This document shows, one piece after another, positions 36,504 to 49,129 of a stretch of DNA of 64,000 nt; position 1 is the stretch's first letter, and the number at the start of each line of letters is the position of its first letter. The DNA comes from Octopus vulgaris (taxonomy: Eukaryota), in NCBI GenBank assembly GCA_951406725.2, contig OX597822.1, forward strand, positions 72,044,001 to 72,108,000, given 5' to 3'. The notes beneath the pieces are model-generated. The model saw only the letters and a list, made by a program, of their open reading frames with translations, ran no database searches and had not been told where the DNA came from. The position numbers and the translations under genes were made by a program.

Positions 36504-38097
36504 CACTGAACTAACGCTTACATTTGAACAATTTGTTTTTACATTTTGATAAATTTTCCCGAGATTTGGCATTTGAGACTTTCAAATATCAAGGATGCAG
36601 TTTCCTCAAGAAATGAAAACTAATATCTAAAGTAAATTTTGAAATAGCGAAAGAACTGTGAAATAGTCTTAATATAAACGAGGCAAGATTTTTACGAAAG
36701 GCATTATAATCATTTTCAATAACTCCTCGCCAAACGCAGCGGTCGCCAGCAGCAGCTGCTCGCTCCACGTGGGTCATCATTATCCTGTCCTCGACACAAT
36801 CGCTCCATATTAATTTTTGTAATCTACGAACTCAGTCACATGACTTCTGAGTTCTTGTAACGTGGTTACAATGAATATTGCAGTGTCTATCACCAGAGCA
36901 TCGTCGCCAGCTTTTTGTCTACTTTAGAATTGAATCGTCCAACTGATCCACAACGATCGCCGGTAGCACATCATCTCAAACTTCCCCAGTCACTTGATGT
37001 CAGCTACCCTAGGTCCATGCTTCACACTAATACAACACTACTGGATCGACAAAGGGGTTTTTAAAAGAGATTCTGCTTGATGCTTTTGCTTCCATACCGT
37101 ATCGAGTGCCCAAGAGCTTCTTGCATCAATTCCGCACCCGGTGTTTGCTCGGGCAGTTCAAGTTGGCAATCTGCCCAAGCCTGACAACCACTTGTAATCG
37201 CATGGTAAGCTATCTGGGGTGTCTGTTGGTTGCCATGATCTTGGTCATTTTTATGCTGATCTCTAATTGAAACCCAGAGACTCGTGTAACGCACCAAATT
37301 AACCTCCAGCGCTCAGCCGATGAGGTGTCGATAAGCACGTTTTAATCAGCATTACGAACATTATTTTGTCACTAGTAACCAGAATCCTGGGGCATTGTTT
37401 GGCGGGGTGGGGGAAGTACACCAAGTCTGACATTTCTCACTCGCAGTGCTTTCTCATTATGTTATAGTAGTAGAAAACACAACATTTTATTTTTCACAGA
37501 TCTAACTGCTGGGAACATGTTTTATACATGTTTTATAAGGGGAACAACTCTGCAATATACAATAATTATTTGCCTATTAAAAGAAATAAACTGCGAAGAT
37601 CATGAGCGAGTACATATAAAAGAGAACTATATATGTACCCTTTTTATCTGTAGGTTTCGGTTAGACTAAAATACAAGCATTTAATAGCCTTTTATATTAT
37701 CAGTATATATTTCTCAATGAAAAAAAAAACCCCCAAAAAACTATCGATTGTCATTCATCCAAGGGACATAACTTCATAATAAAGGGACATAAAGCTTCTC
37801 CAAATTAATTTCATTCGTTCATTCAAGCGACAGTCTTACAGTCACATAGTAATTCCCGCATGTTTAATAATGTCATTTACTTTCCATAAATGATGAACCA
37901 TTTAACCTTTATTACAGAAGCTTGAAGCAAACAATCGTGGAATTTCGTTTTTGTATCTGGTTCGCAAGATTTAATTCCACTCCTGTTCTTTATTATTTGC
38001 CAATTGGTTAAATATCCAACTAATTTGTCTTGCTTTTGTTTGTCAAAACTCTTTCGTTGCTACTTGCAGTCTTTTCAATGACTAATAATAAAGAATA

Positions 38098-38265
38098 ATC
38101 TTTTCTACAAAAGGCACAAGGCCTGAAAGTTGATTACATCGATCCAGGCGTGTCACTGGTGCTAAATTTATTGACCCCGAAAGGATGAAAGGCAAAGTCG
38201 GCCGCGGCGAAATTTGAACTCAGAACATAGTGACGAGCGAAATACCGCTAAGCATTTTGCCCAGG
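38098..38265 (-). mobile_element. SINE family A abutting the 3' part of the pogo transposase
   Basis: GACCCCGAAAGGATGAAAGGCAAAGTCG...TTTGAACTCAGAAC...CCGCTAAGCATTTTGCCC. Confidence 0.82.
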
Positions 38266-39700
38266 TGCTGAAAGTGCAGGATTCGGTCGGTCAGTGACAT
38301 AGCTTGGTGCAAAGTCGTTGTCTGTGAAAATGTTGCGATTGAAAGGGCATATTCCTGTAGAAGAAAAGCCATTAAGAATGTTCGTCGGAGTTGCAGTCAA
38401 TGGCCATGTAGTTTTGACAATACACGGAATGTCATAAACGGTCATGGTCTGGCCAGGATGGTTGATATCCCAGTCATCAATGGCAGTGTTTGTGTACTTC
38501 TTCAGTGGTCCATAGACCGCTATGTCCAACGGCTGTAACCTGTGTGTGCAGTGAGGTGGGAAAGAAAGCATGGTGATGCCATTGTCTGATGCATAAGTCA
38601 GCCCCTCGATACTAAGGTGGGAATCGTGATTGTCCAGCAATGCTTTGAACATTTCACATTCCTCACAAAGTGTTGAAGGAATTTCACAAACTGCTCTTCA
38701 CACATCCAACCAGATGGATTAGCACCTCCATCGCTGCCTGATGGTCCATTGTTCAGGAAAAATGACATAAAGTTATTCATGGGAAAAATAAAAAAAAACG
38801 AGGTATGCTGTTTCCAGCGGCATTTACACAGCATGCCAATCTGACCAGAGTTCCCCTCTCCGCACTTGTCATTTTCCCCACTTGCTTTGTTCCTTTTCTG
38901 GCAATAATTCTATCGGGGCGCCGCACGGTTGTTATGCCAGTATCATCCATGTAGATATCGAATGGATCAAATTTATACCGAAGCATCACCTCAGCAAGTT
39001 GGTTGAAAAACATAGCAACATTGGTCTTGTTGAAACTTGTTGCTCGTGCCAAGCTTGTTGCCTGTGGACTTCTTATGGATAAATTCATGTGTCGTTGAAG
39101 ATATCCAGAGAACCAGTCTTCACCTGCCATTTCTGTCCCATGACAGGTTGGAGGGATATTACATCCATGTACCTTTGCTATCTGAAAAGCCAATTACCGC
39201 ACATCCTTTGGAGCAAGCCCATAGTAAATTTTTGCGGCAACTAAAACATAAGCCTTCAACTGATTCTCGAACTCGTCGGTGAGAACTTGCCGTGGCTTTT
39301 TGTATCCACTAAGACTGTGATCGTTGTTGTTTGCTTCAACGGCCTTGGTGCAGCAGCGAGACAGATATTTTAAAGGGATGCCAAATGTCCTCGAGGCTTC
39401 CCGCAAGGAGATGACACGAGCTCGGACCTGTTGAATAGCCTGTTGGATTACATCCTGTGGAAGGGTTACCCTCTCACTTTTGCGTTTGTAGTGTTGCACC
39501 CTGACAATTATAGATTTAGGTCTGTAAAGAGAGAGAGAGAGGGAGATAAAAAAAAGCAATTTAGCTCATTGCATAATCCAACAGTGAAAGCAAAACGAAG
39601 CTCTACTATGATGTCATTAAATCGTCCGAAAGTAGTTTCGCATTTTCTCTAGAGAAAAGGTGTCAACTTGCTCCTGTAGTCAACTTGCCCCGTTTTCCCC
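38266..39700 (-). pseudogene. pogo/Tigger-superfamily DNA transposon with frameshifted transposase (HTH-psq, CENP-B-type HTH, DDE_1)
   Basis: SLREASRTFGIP (HTH), AGEDWFSGYLQRH, YMDDTG, SAERG, SGWM, LLDNHDSH and FPPHCTHRLQPLD.AVYGPLK are spread over four frameshifted ORFs. The 5' end is TA|GGGGAAAACGGGGCAAGTTGAC with a repeated GCAAGTTGAC. Confidence 0.9.
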
Positions 39701-40122
39701 TATGTGAAGAATTGTTGCTGTCGTTAGAGATTTATGGTAGTAAACGCATCACTACACACGTATATATACGAACAGAGACGGACATTAAAAAGTCATTTTA
39801 TTTCTACTAGTCAGAGAGGATTATTATTCGAGAAAAAGGAAAGAAAATTTTTGAAATTTCTCAAAATATACATTCAGTAAGTATTTTTCATGTGAGAACT
39901 TTCACTGAATAATTTTTTCTTACTCTTTGAACAACGTTTATACTGAAATTATTTTGTGTTTAACTAAAAAAAGCAAAACTTTGAAGAAATTGAAAAAAAA
40001 TTGTTTGAACCGAAATCTCTTTCGAGTTTAGTTTTAAAATACATAAATTTTAATGATTGCAACAAGTAAAATGAAAATAAAATTGTAATACATCAGAAGT
40101 TTTGACCAGGTTACACGTCAAG

Positions 40123-40155
<33 letters not shown>

Positions 40156-40581
40156 TCCCGAAAAAATAACCGAAAAATATAAGGCTTTTGTACGAAGCCC
40201 TGTTCAGCATCCCCAGCTATCAAGATAGCACCCCCAGTTGCAATCGGTCAAAGAGGTAAAAGTGAAAGACAAAACGACAGAAAGATAAAAAGGAGGAAGT
40301 AACTAAATTTGACTTCCTTCTTAAGCGTTGAATTCCTGTTTCTTACAAATAATTAAAATAGTTTCTACTCTATTTCTAAAGTAGGTTTATAGTGAGCATC
40401 AAAACAATGCTACCCAATACCATATACAATGATAGAACGTTTGTCCTGTTTACAGAAGATGTGGGTTCGAGTCGTACGGACAGCCTTCAGCTTTTACCAT
40501 CTGTTTTTGCTTTTTTTAAAACTCAGTATTTACGCGCAATTATTTATAGCTTTATCTGCTTCGAGTTTCACCGTCAAACAT

Positions 40582-40648
<67 letters not shown>

Positions 40649-40946
40649 TTTATTTGTGTTAAATGTTTTAATCCTTTCTGTTTTCCTCGCATACTGCTTT
40701 TTTTTTGTTATCTTGGTGCGGTACGGTGGATAAATTTAAGACTTTAGCTCTTATTTCTAGCAAGTGGATGCTTGTTTAAGCATCTTAACGCTTCATACAA
40801 ATTTATAATTCATAGCTATTTAATGCTATTGCGCCTGCGTCCCACATATGTCACTGCTGGTGATATCTTCAATTTTAAAATTTATCAACAGATGATGTGA
40901 ACAGTAGTGACATCTGCTGATTTCAAACCTCAGTGTTTGAATGTTT

Positions 40947-41001
<55 letters not shown>

Positions 41002-41005
<4 letters not shown>

Positions 41006-41480
41006 CAAAAGAAATTCAATTTATTGCATCTTTAGCGACTTCAGATATTGATTATGAGCAAGGTGTCGTCGACAATGTATTTTATTTCAAAAGTGGATAA
41101 AACAAATTCTCCATACTGGGGGTGTAAGGGCTGAGATTCTAACTGGGGGTGCTGAGCCTGTAGCTACATGCCTAGATGCGTACTGGGGTCGATCTAATCG
41201 ACTACCGCCTCCCCGAAAATTTCAAGCCTTGTGCCTATAGTAGGAGAAAGGTCTATTTTTTATTATTAAGGCGGCGAGCTGGCAGAAACGTTGCTCCTCC
41301 CCCAAAATTGCTGGCCCTGTGAGCTGGCAGACTCGTTAGCACGTCGGGCAAAATGTTTAGCGGTATTTCTTTCGTCACTACGTTCTGAGTTAAAATTTCG
41401 TCGAGGCCGACTTTGCCTTTCATCCTTTCGGGCTCGATAAGTTTAGCACCAGTGACACGCCATGGTCGACGTAATCAACT
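41002..41480 (+). mobile_element. hAT-like MITE end plus SINE A composite (duplicate of 35350-36040)
   Basis: Same order of sub-elements and the same junctions as the 35350-36040 block. Confidence 0.75.
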
Positions 41481-41977
41481 TCCGACGTTTTGAAGCAATT
41501 CTTTGAGCCTTGTTTAATTACAGAAAAAGATAAGTAGTTCTCCAGAATTCCTCTCAGCACATGAAGGCACATTTTATGTAACGATAACCGCAATTGTTCA
41601 GAACTACCAGCACGAACGGTTTCCAAATCAATGGACTGCAGACCAGAGTAACAGGCCAGCTAAATCACTAGATCTAGCCTTTTTGGAGATAAAGATCTCC
41701 AGAAAGGTTAGATCTAGTGATCTAGCTTGAGGCTTAATCAAATTTCAAGTCTACCAAATAAGAATTACAACTTTGGACAATTTGAGTTCACCTACATTGC
41801 CTGGAGTTGTAATGACGCTAATAATATAATACTGCAAAGCAGCGAGCTGACAGAATCGCTACTGCACCGGGCAAAATGCTTGGCGGCATTTCGGCCGTTT
41901 TTTGCGTTCTGAGTCCAAATTCCGCCTGAGGTCGGCAGCGTCTTTCATCCTTTTGGGGTCGATAAATTAAGTACTAG

Positions 41978-42178
41978 GTCTATATTTAAGAGATGAGGAA
42001 TTATGTACATTATTTACATTTGACGGATATTTGTCCTCATCTTCTTTGTTGTTAACACAACGTTTCGGCTGATATACCTTCCAGCCTTCTTCAGGTGTCT
42101 TGGGGAAATTTCGAACCTGGGTTCTCATTCCTAAGGTATTTTTCGATTTTGCTGTTGTTGTTATTATTATTATTATTA

Positions 42179-42242
<64 letters not shown>

Positions 42243-42377
42243 CATTGTTCTGTCACTGCTTAGAATCGAACTCGGAATCTTGGGGTTAGTAGCCCGCGCT
42301 CTTAACCATTACGCCATATGCCCGTAGACATATGGCGTAGTGGTTTCCGAGTTCGATTCCAGACAGTGATCTAAATG

Positions 42378-42427
<50 letters not shown>

Positions 42428-42563
42428 ATCGAAAAATGCCATAGGAATGAGAACCCAGGTTCGAAATTTCCCCAAGACACCCGAAGAAGGCTGGAGGGTA
42501 TATCAGACGAAACGTTGTGTTAACAACAAACAAGATGAGGACAAATATCCGGGGAATGTAAAT
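41978..42563. mobile_element. Foldback element: head-to-head tRNA-like heads, (AAT)n, and hammerhead-containing modules on both arms
   Basis: The arms are reverse complements about a centre at ~42324, with A/B boxes on both strands and hammerhead-like motifs at 42054-42099 (-) and 42476-42521 (+). Confidence 0.75.
42054..42099 (-). ncRNA. Minimal type I hammerhead ribozyme motif (Penelope-associated type)
   Basis: GACAC-CUGAAGA-A-GGCUG-loop-CAGCC-GAAA-CG-UU-GUGUU: CUGANGA/GAAA core, 5-bp stem I, 5-bp stem II, and palindromic AACGUU in place of stem III. Confidence 0.65.
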
Positions 42564-42785
42564 AAATACCAGTTGAGCACTGAGGTCGATGTATTCGGCT
42601 TAACCCCTGCCCTGAACTTGCTGGGTTAGTACCAAAATTTGACTAATACTGAAAATAGACTAATACTGAAAATGCACCAATTTCTGTTTTGAAATGCTGT
42701 TCTATGATTGCTGTGCGGGGATATCGATGGCCACCATGTCGAACAGTGTCTCTAATCTTTCCTTCTATTATTAAAATCAACTCGA

Positions 42786-43000
42786 AGGCGGCGAGCTGGC
42801 AGAATTGCTAGCACGCAGGACGAAATGCTTAGCGATATTTCGCCCATGGCTACGTTCTGAGTTCAAATTCCACCGAGGTCGACTTCACCGTTCATCCTTT
42901 CTGGGTCGATAAATTAAGTACCAGTGAAACACTGGGGTCGATGTAATCGACTAGTCTCCTACTCCCAAATTTCAAGCGTTGTACCTATACTAGAAAGGAT
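42786..43000 (+). mobile_element. SINE family A, full length
   Basis: AGGCGGCGAGCTGGCAGAA...GAGTTCAAATTCC...GTACCTATACTAGAAAGGATT. Confidence 0.87.
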
Positions 43001-43390
43001 TGTTAAAATTAACTCACAAGGCATTGTTCGGCCCAGGGCAGTAGTGGAAAATGCTGAGCTCGAAACCGCACGGTTAAAAGCAGGTTTCTTAACTACACAC
43101 CGATACTCGTACCACATTTAGAAAAATTCAGATAGTCTTAAAGTATTAAAGTTATCCAGCACTGTGATGAAGATACAAGAATTATATTGATGCAAATTCA
43201 ATTTTGTTTTCTCATTAACGTAGATGAGTTGTGAGGGGGGGGGGGGTGTATGCTTGTGTGTGTGCTTGTGTGTGTGTGTGTGTATATGCTTGTGTATGTA
43301 TTGGTTGGTGTTAGTTTGAGAACCACATATTTTAGCGAACACCTCTGTCATTCTGCGTTTATCTCGAAATAATCCGGAAATTTCCACATA

Positions 43391-43869
43391 CCGTAAATCC
43401 TCGTGTATAATCCGCAAAATTTTCCCCTTTCCCCAAAATTTAAAGGTTAAACATGAAAATTATTTTCTAAGCAATGTCCGAGCCTCTATTTGCTGTCCGG
43501 CAATGTTTATTCCGACGCATTTTGTGATGTCGGGCGCGAAATACCTTAAGCTAAGCCTGAAAGCAATGAAGTCATAAAAGAATCATCCATAACTTGCAGT
43601 AAGCAACATTTATTAAACTGTTATTTCTTTATTTTCTGCAAACAAAATGCACAAAAAACTACACGTTTGCATTATGTTATATATACAATAATAATAAAGG
43701 ACGTTACCGTGTACAGTTTTACAAACCAAGGACGTTATATAGACCTCCTTGACTCAAGTTAGAGAAGGGGTGCGTATTATACACAAGGTTTAGTCTTTTC
43801 AGAGGTACAGCCACCTAAAAATCCCCTGCGTATTATACTCAAGGGCGGACTATACTCGAGGATTTATGG
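43391..43869. mobile_element. Tc1/mariner-pogo type MITE
   Basis: TA|CCGTAAATCCTCGTGTATAATCCGC ... GCGGACTATACTCGAGGATTTATGG|TA; ~25-bp TIR, TA TSD, and subterminal GCGTATTATAC repeats. Confidence 0.85.
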
Positions 43870-45024
43870 TAACTAACCTAGGCTGGTCATTGCATTATCG
43901 TTCTGGTTTAATAAAACATCATGTCATTACGTTGGAATCACGTTATACTCCCACTTTCCGGATCCAGTGGACAGCTTTCGATCTTGCGTACAGAAATGCT
44001 TAGAATATAACTCTGACAGTAGCTCTGCCATATATTCCTATTCTCTTCACTTCTCTGGGTCTCACTAATATTTTTGCAAGACTATTTTCCTGTATAATGT
44101 CAGCTGGATTATTTCTCAACACTATTGTCTTCCATAGATATACTCTTGCAGAATCACATCAATGCCTGCTAAGTATATTCCTAATATTACTAACTAAATC
44201 TGCCACTATCCGATGAACTAATCATTTCAGAAACACGTTTTGCTTGAAGCTGTGCGCATCTTAAAACTGCGACCAATAAAAACATAAAAAAAACAAAAAA
44301 AAAAACTGTATACTTCCTGAAGTTTTTACTGGTTATTTGTTGTCTTCAGTACCATCTCTTTCATCTTATGTATATAACGATTTTGTTCTATCAAGACAAA
44401 TTGCGATGCAAATATCACCTTACTGCATACAGTGCAAAATGTGGGTAACACCAGACTAGAAATTGCAGCCAAATACATACCCTTCAACGTAAAGCGGAAA
44501 ACTATTTGGAAGTCAGTTATGTAACAGTACACTTGAAGTAGAAGACAGGTTGGCCATAAAAGGAATGTTGGTGAAAGAATAATAAATCTCACACTGTCCA
44601 CGCTTATGATCAAAGCGGTAAGAAAAAGTCGGAGTATCTGGAATGGGGGAATATGCGTATCGCGCCGAGAAATTTGACCAGTTAAATACAAGAGAAAGTC
44701 AAAAATTATCTGCACTTTCGCTATAACATATCTTTATTATTGTCACACTGCCTTCTGCGCATGCGTGCTCATAGTCGGTACTATTGTGGTCACGTGATCG
44801 AAGTTTGAGCCTGATCGTGCCATTTTTCTTTCTAGCTTTACAGTGTAAGCATGGCCGCTCCACTAACAATATCCACCAAAGAAGAACAAAGAGGCGACTC
44901 CAGGTCATCAGCAGCACTCGAGCTCATCAGAGATTTCGCATAAGACACATGCCTGCTCGAAGAATTTCACGTTTTTTCTGCAATATTTCTAGCCCCAAAT
45001 GATTTTTGGAGTCGCCACTGATGC

Positions 45025-45605
45025 CCACACAACCCCACCCCCACACACACGCATACACAAATTCACATACACACCGATACATATACATACACACAATATA
45101 TGCCTACACGCGCGCACACACATACACATACGTATACACATATATGCACAGACACACACACACATACATACGCACACATACGCACGCACACACGCACACC
45201 AATGCACACACTCAAAACTCACAACCCCACGGATACACGCATATACATCCATATACGCTTACACACACACACACACACATACACCAAGTATAGCACAGTT
45301 ATTCGACACACACCCAAACTCCACGCATACACACACGAACACACACACACACACTACAAACAAAACACACACACGATACATATACATACATGCACACACA
45401 CACATACTTCAAAGTAACAGGACTGACCTGTGGCAGGGAAAAAAAAACACCACTCCTTATTCTACTAGCCAGCCTTACTACTAGCCCTTTGTTTACAGTT
45501 ACAACCACACACACATACACACACATGTCATCATTGCACACATACAAACACACACGCACACGCAGACCTCCGCCCACGCACATATCCACACTTACACACA
45601 CCTTC
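45025..45605. repeat. Degenerate (CA)n-rich microsatellite region
   Basis: Interrupted CA/CG/TA dinucleotide runs; source of the His/Thr-rich ORFs. Confidence 0.9.
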
Positions 45606-45780
45606 CCCCTCCTACCATTCTGCTGTCTTTCTCCGCAACTTTCTCTCACTCTTTCTTCTGTTGACCTGCTCGCTTAGCCAGAGGGGTGGCGTCATCTGAA
45701 GGCTAAAACAAAGCGATGTGTAGCAACATCTGATAGACTGGTCGGTCACGTGGTATATATATATATATACATATATATAT

Positions 45781-45812
<32 letters not shown>

Positions 45813-46266
45813 CATATATATATTATATATATATATATATACACACACACACATATATATACATATACACAGACATACATATCATCTATGTTCTTGCTTT
45901 AAGACTTTCACTTTATATACGCCAGCTCAGTCGATAGACACCTGTCGTTATATTATTGTTGTTTGTACTTTTAATTGTGTACCAAGTTTTCCATTTTTTG
46001 TCGTATACATTCGCTAGCTTACTTACAAAAAATGTGATGCTCTTAGCTTAGACTTTTATTTGGAGGGAACCAGATCGAACAGTCTCAAGTGTAACTGCCC
46101 GAAACTGTAAGGACATATGGTAACTCGACTGACGAAAGAAGGCCACGAATGATCCGCCCCTTTTCCCTAATTGTTGTTTTTCCTGTCCGCCTTTGTATCG
46201 TCTATCCGTCCGGATGTTTTATTGTCCTCTATTACATTTTTGTTCCATTATGTGTATATATATATG

Positions 46267-46321
<55 letters not shown>

Positions 46322-46334
46322 ATACATACATATA

Positions 46335-46600
46335 TATATATGCGTGCGTTTGGTGTCTTTGTGGAAGTGGTTGTCTGCTTTCACCCATCGCTTGATAGCT
46401 GGTAGTGATTTGATTACACTCCCGTAACTTAGCAGTTTGGTAAAAGAAAACGATAGAATAAGTTACAGGCTTAAAAAAAAAAAAAAGAAAATGAACAAAG
46501 AGTAGATGTCGACCTGTTTGATTAAAAACCGTTCAAGGCTGTTCAAAGCAGTATTCCAGCATGGCCGCAGTCCAAGGATTGAAATCAGTAACCGATAAAA
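46335..46600 (+). mobile_element. SINE family C, 3' half
   Basis: CCGTAACTTAGCAGTTTGG...GATAGAATAAGT...CCAGCATGGCCGCAGTC matches 10790-10970. Confidence 0.72.
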
Positions 46601-48038
46601 GTTAATGTTCTCATACTTGTCCATTCTTACGCCTCCAGATTTTATAACCAAGCGTTGCTTCGGTATTTGGCAATTAGGATTCTGTGATACCAATCGTGCT
46701 CAAAAGGAGTTCCTTTAATACGTTGCAGTTCTTTATTTATTACTCGCAGGGATGTTAAAGAAAGCCCCTGCTTTTCAATGCTATCACGTTCTTTTCACCG
46801 TTCATTTTACTACGACTATCCGAACAGATTAAGAAATTGCTGTAACGTCAGCTAAGATCTTTTATTCCCCTTGTGGCTTATTGATTTTCTTGTTAATTAT
46901 AAATGGGGTTTAGCTGTTGAAGTTGTTTCTTGTGGTTGTTTAGCCCGAGGCTGGATTTGATTAAAAAGACATATAATCAAATGCGTTTCAGTCGCAATTT
47001 TAGATATGCTCCTTTGTTTGTAATAGATCTCTAGGGTTTATAGTTGTGTTCAAAAGCAACGATGATAGACTTCCTTTCAAACAACTTACCTAAAAGGAAT
47101 TTGAATTTTCCCCCGCAAGGTGTTGGGGAAAACAAAATAAGTTTACTACTGTTCATGACTTGCTTCCGTCAACCTCTCATTTTTCACTTTTGCAAGTTCT
47201 GATCTACAAACGTATAAGGTTGATGAAATTGTTATTTTTGTCATCGGGGTCGCAATTACTTTTGCTACTGCTGTAACCGCTGCTACCATTGCTGATGTCG
47301 ATAATACTGCTGCTAGTTTTCTGAAGTTTTTTTGGCTGCAAATCTGTTTAAGATTTCGTTTTGCTGTGCGTTAGTGTTTTTACGTTCCCTGTTACTGTAT
47401 TTGTAAATTCTTGTTGTTTTCTTATAATACTTCTTATTGTTGTTATTATCTCCGCTAATACAGCTTTTGTTGTTGTAATTAATTTTCAAATGAATGTCAT
47501 AAACATCGAATTTCTTTGTACACGGTTGCTTGCGCCTTATATCGCCGCCGTTACCGAGATCCTTGCTACGATAAAAGTTTTTCATTTTCATTCACCGTCA
47601 TGCGCCACTAAGCAAATGGCACTCACATCCCAGTAATAGCCGACATAGAAATCAACATTTCTTTGATTGCCTTGTGAAGGAAAGCTACAAATAAAACGCT
47701 GAATTCACCAACATGTGCTTTATTAGAATCACTCAATATAACAGAACAGAAAACGCATCTAACGACTATGAAATTATTGCGGAACCCCAAAACACGAATA
47801 AAACATCATCATCAGCCAATAATATTAATTTCTTACATTGCAACAAGATTTAAAAAAAAAAAAAAATGTATGAAAGAATTGGTTGATTAAAATGACCTCA
47901 GACCGGTATTTATTTTAAAGACCCAGGATGGATGAAAGGCAAAGACAACCCTTTGAACTCGGAACGTAGAGAGACGAAACTAATTACTTCTCGGCGTTAC
48001 ATTCGCTATACTATTGCTTCAGTTAATTCTTCTTCTTC

Positions 48039-48107
<69 letters not shown>

Positions 48108-48110
<3 letters not shown>

Positions 48111-48778
48111 GAAAGAAACGTAACTTGTAACTTCAGAATATGTGGAGATGGACAAGAAACAATAAATCATATTGTCTCTAGCTGCCCAGTCCTTGCTAAG
48201 AAGGAATATATTCACAGGCACGACAGAGTTGGAACCTACATACACTGGAAGCTATGCCAACACTATGGAATAACAACAGAAAAAAGATGGTATTGGAACA
48301 CGCCAGAAAAGGTTACAGAAAATGAGAAAGCAACAATACTATGGGATATGCCAATACACACAGATAGAGAAATTAAGGACAATAGGCCAGATATAGTTGT
48401 CAGAGATTATGAAGAAAAAAATGCTTTCTAATTGATGTATCAATACCAACAGATGGCAACGTTTCTCTAAACGAAATGGAGAAACTTTCAAAATACAAAG
48501 ACCTGGAAATAGAGGTAACTCGAATGTTGAAGCTAAACACAGAAACAATTCCTATCATAGTAGGCGCATTAGGTATGATAAAAAAAATTCAGACTAATAC
48601 ATAAAAAAAAACACCAGGACTAACAAATATATATAACATACAGAAAATGCACACATCCTACACAAAACACTTTCAATACAGTAACCATAAGAGCATCACA
48701 GCAAACCACAGCACATACCCAAGGTATAGAGAGCTGCGCTCGGTAGTGAAGTGAAAGCAGGTTATAAAAATAAGACTA

Positions 48779-48781
<3 letters not shown>
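48108..48781 (+). mobile_element. R4/Dong-type RLE non-LTR retrotransposon, 5'-truncated and frameshifted
   Basis: Close copy of 51414-52110 (zinc knuckle, RPDIVVRD, 3' UTR), flanked by (AAT)n on both sides. Confidence 0.9.
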
Positions 48782-48846
<65 letters not shown>

Positions 48847-48847
<1 letters not shown>

Positions 48848-49062
48848 TTCTACTATAGGTACAAGGCCTGAAATATTTTTGGGGAGGAGACTAGTCGATT
48901 AGATCGATCTCAGTACATAACTGGTACTTAATTTATCGACCCCGAAAGGATGAAAGGGCAAAGTCGACTTCGGCGGAATTTGAACTCAAAACGTAGCGGG
49001 AGACGAAATACCACTAAGCATTTCGCCCGGTGCGCTAACGATTCTGCCAGCTCGTCGCCTTC
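48847..49062 (-). mobile_element. SINE family A, full length, between two (AAT)n tracts
   Basis: TTTCTACTATAGGTACAAGGCC...TTTGAACTC...GATTCTGCCAGCTCGTCGCCTT. Confidence 0.87.
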
Positions 49063-49063
49063 A

Positions 49064-49129
<66 letters not shown>

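Larger units (their letters stand above)
41838..42640 (+). mobile_element. SINE family A split in two by the foldback insertion
   Basis: The 5' half ends GGGGTCGATAAATTAAGTACTAG (41977); the 3' half resumes TACCAGTTGAGCACTGAGGTCGATGTA (~42566). Confidence 0.78.

Noticed and set aside
37385-37440. Second TIR of the pogo element
   Set aside because: The G-rich stretch is only loosely similar to the 39700 end and could not be aligned confidently.
42252-42323. Functional tRNA gene (ACT anticodon-like loop) on the minus strand
   Set aside because: The acceptor stem does not pair and the sequence is embedded in a repeat, so it was treated as a tRNA-derived head.
44685-44990. Possible mariner 5' end
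   Set aside because: It has a TIR-like start only, with no matching end or convincing transposase motif.
44989-45677. His/Thr-rich ORFs up to 161 aa
   Set aside because: Translation of degenerate (CA)n; open in several frames on both strands.
46040-46150. Hammerhead-like GGG...CCCGAAACTGTA
   Set aside because: No CUGANGA lies upstream of stem II, and the nearby CTGACGA is in the wrong position.
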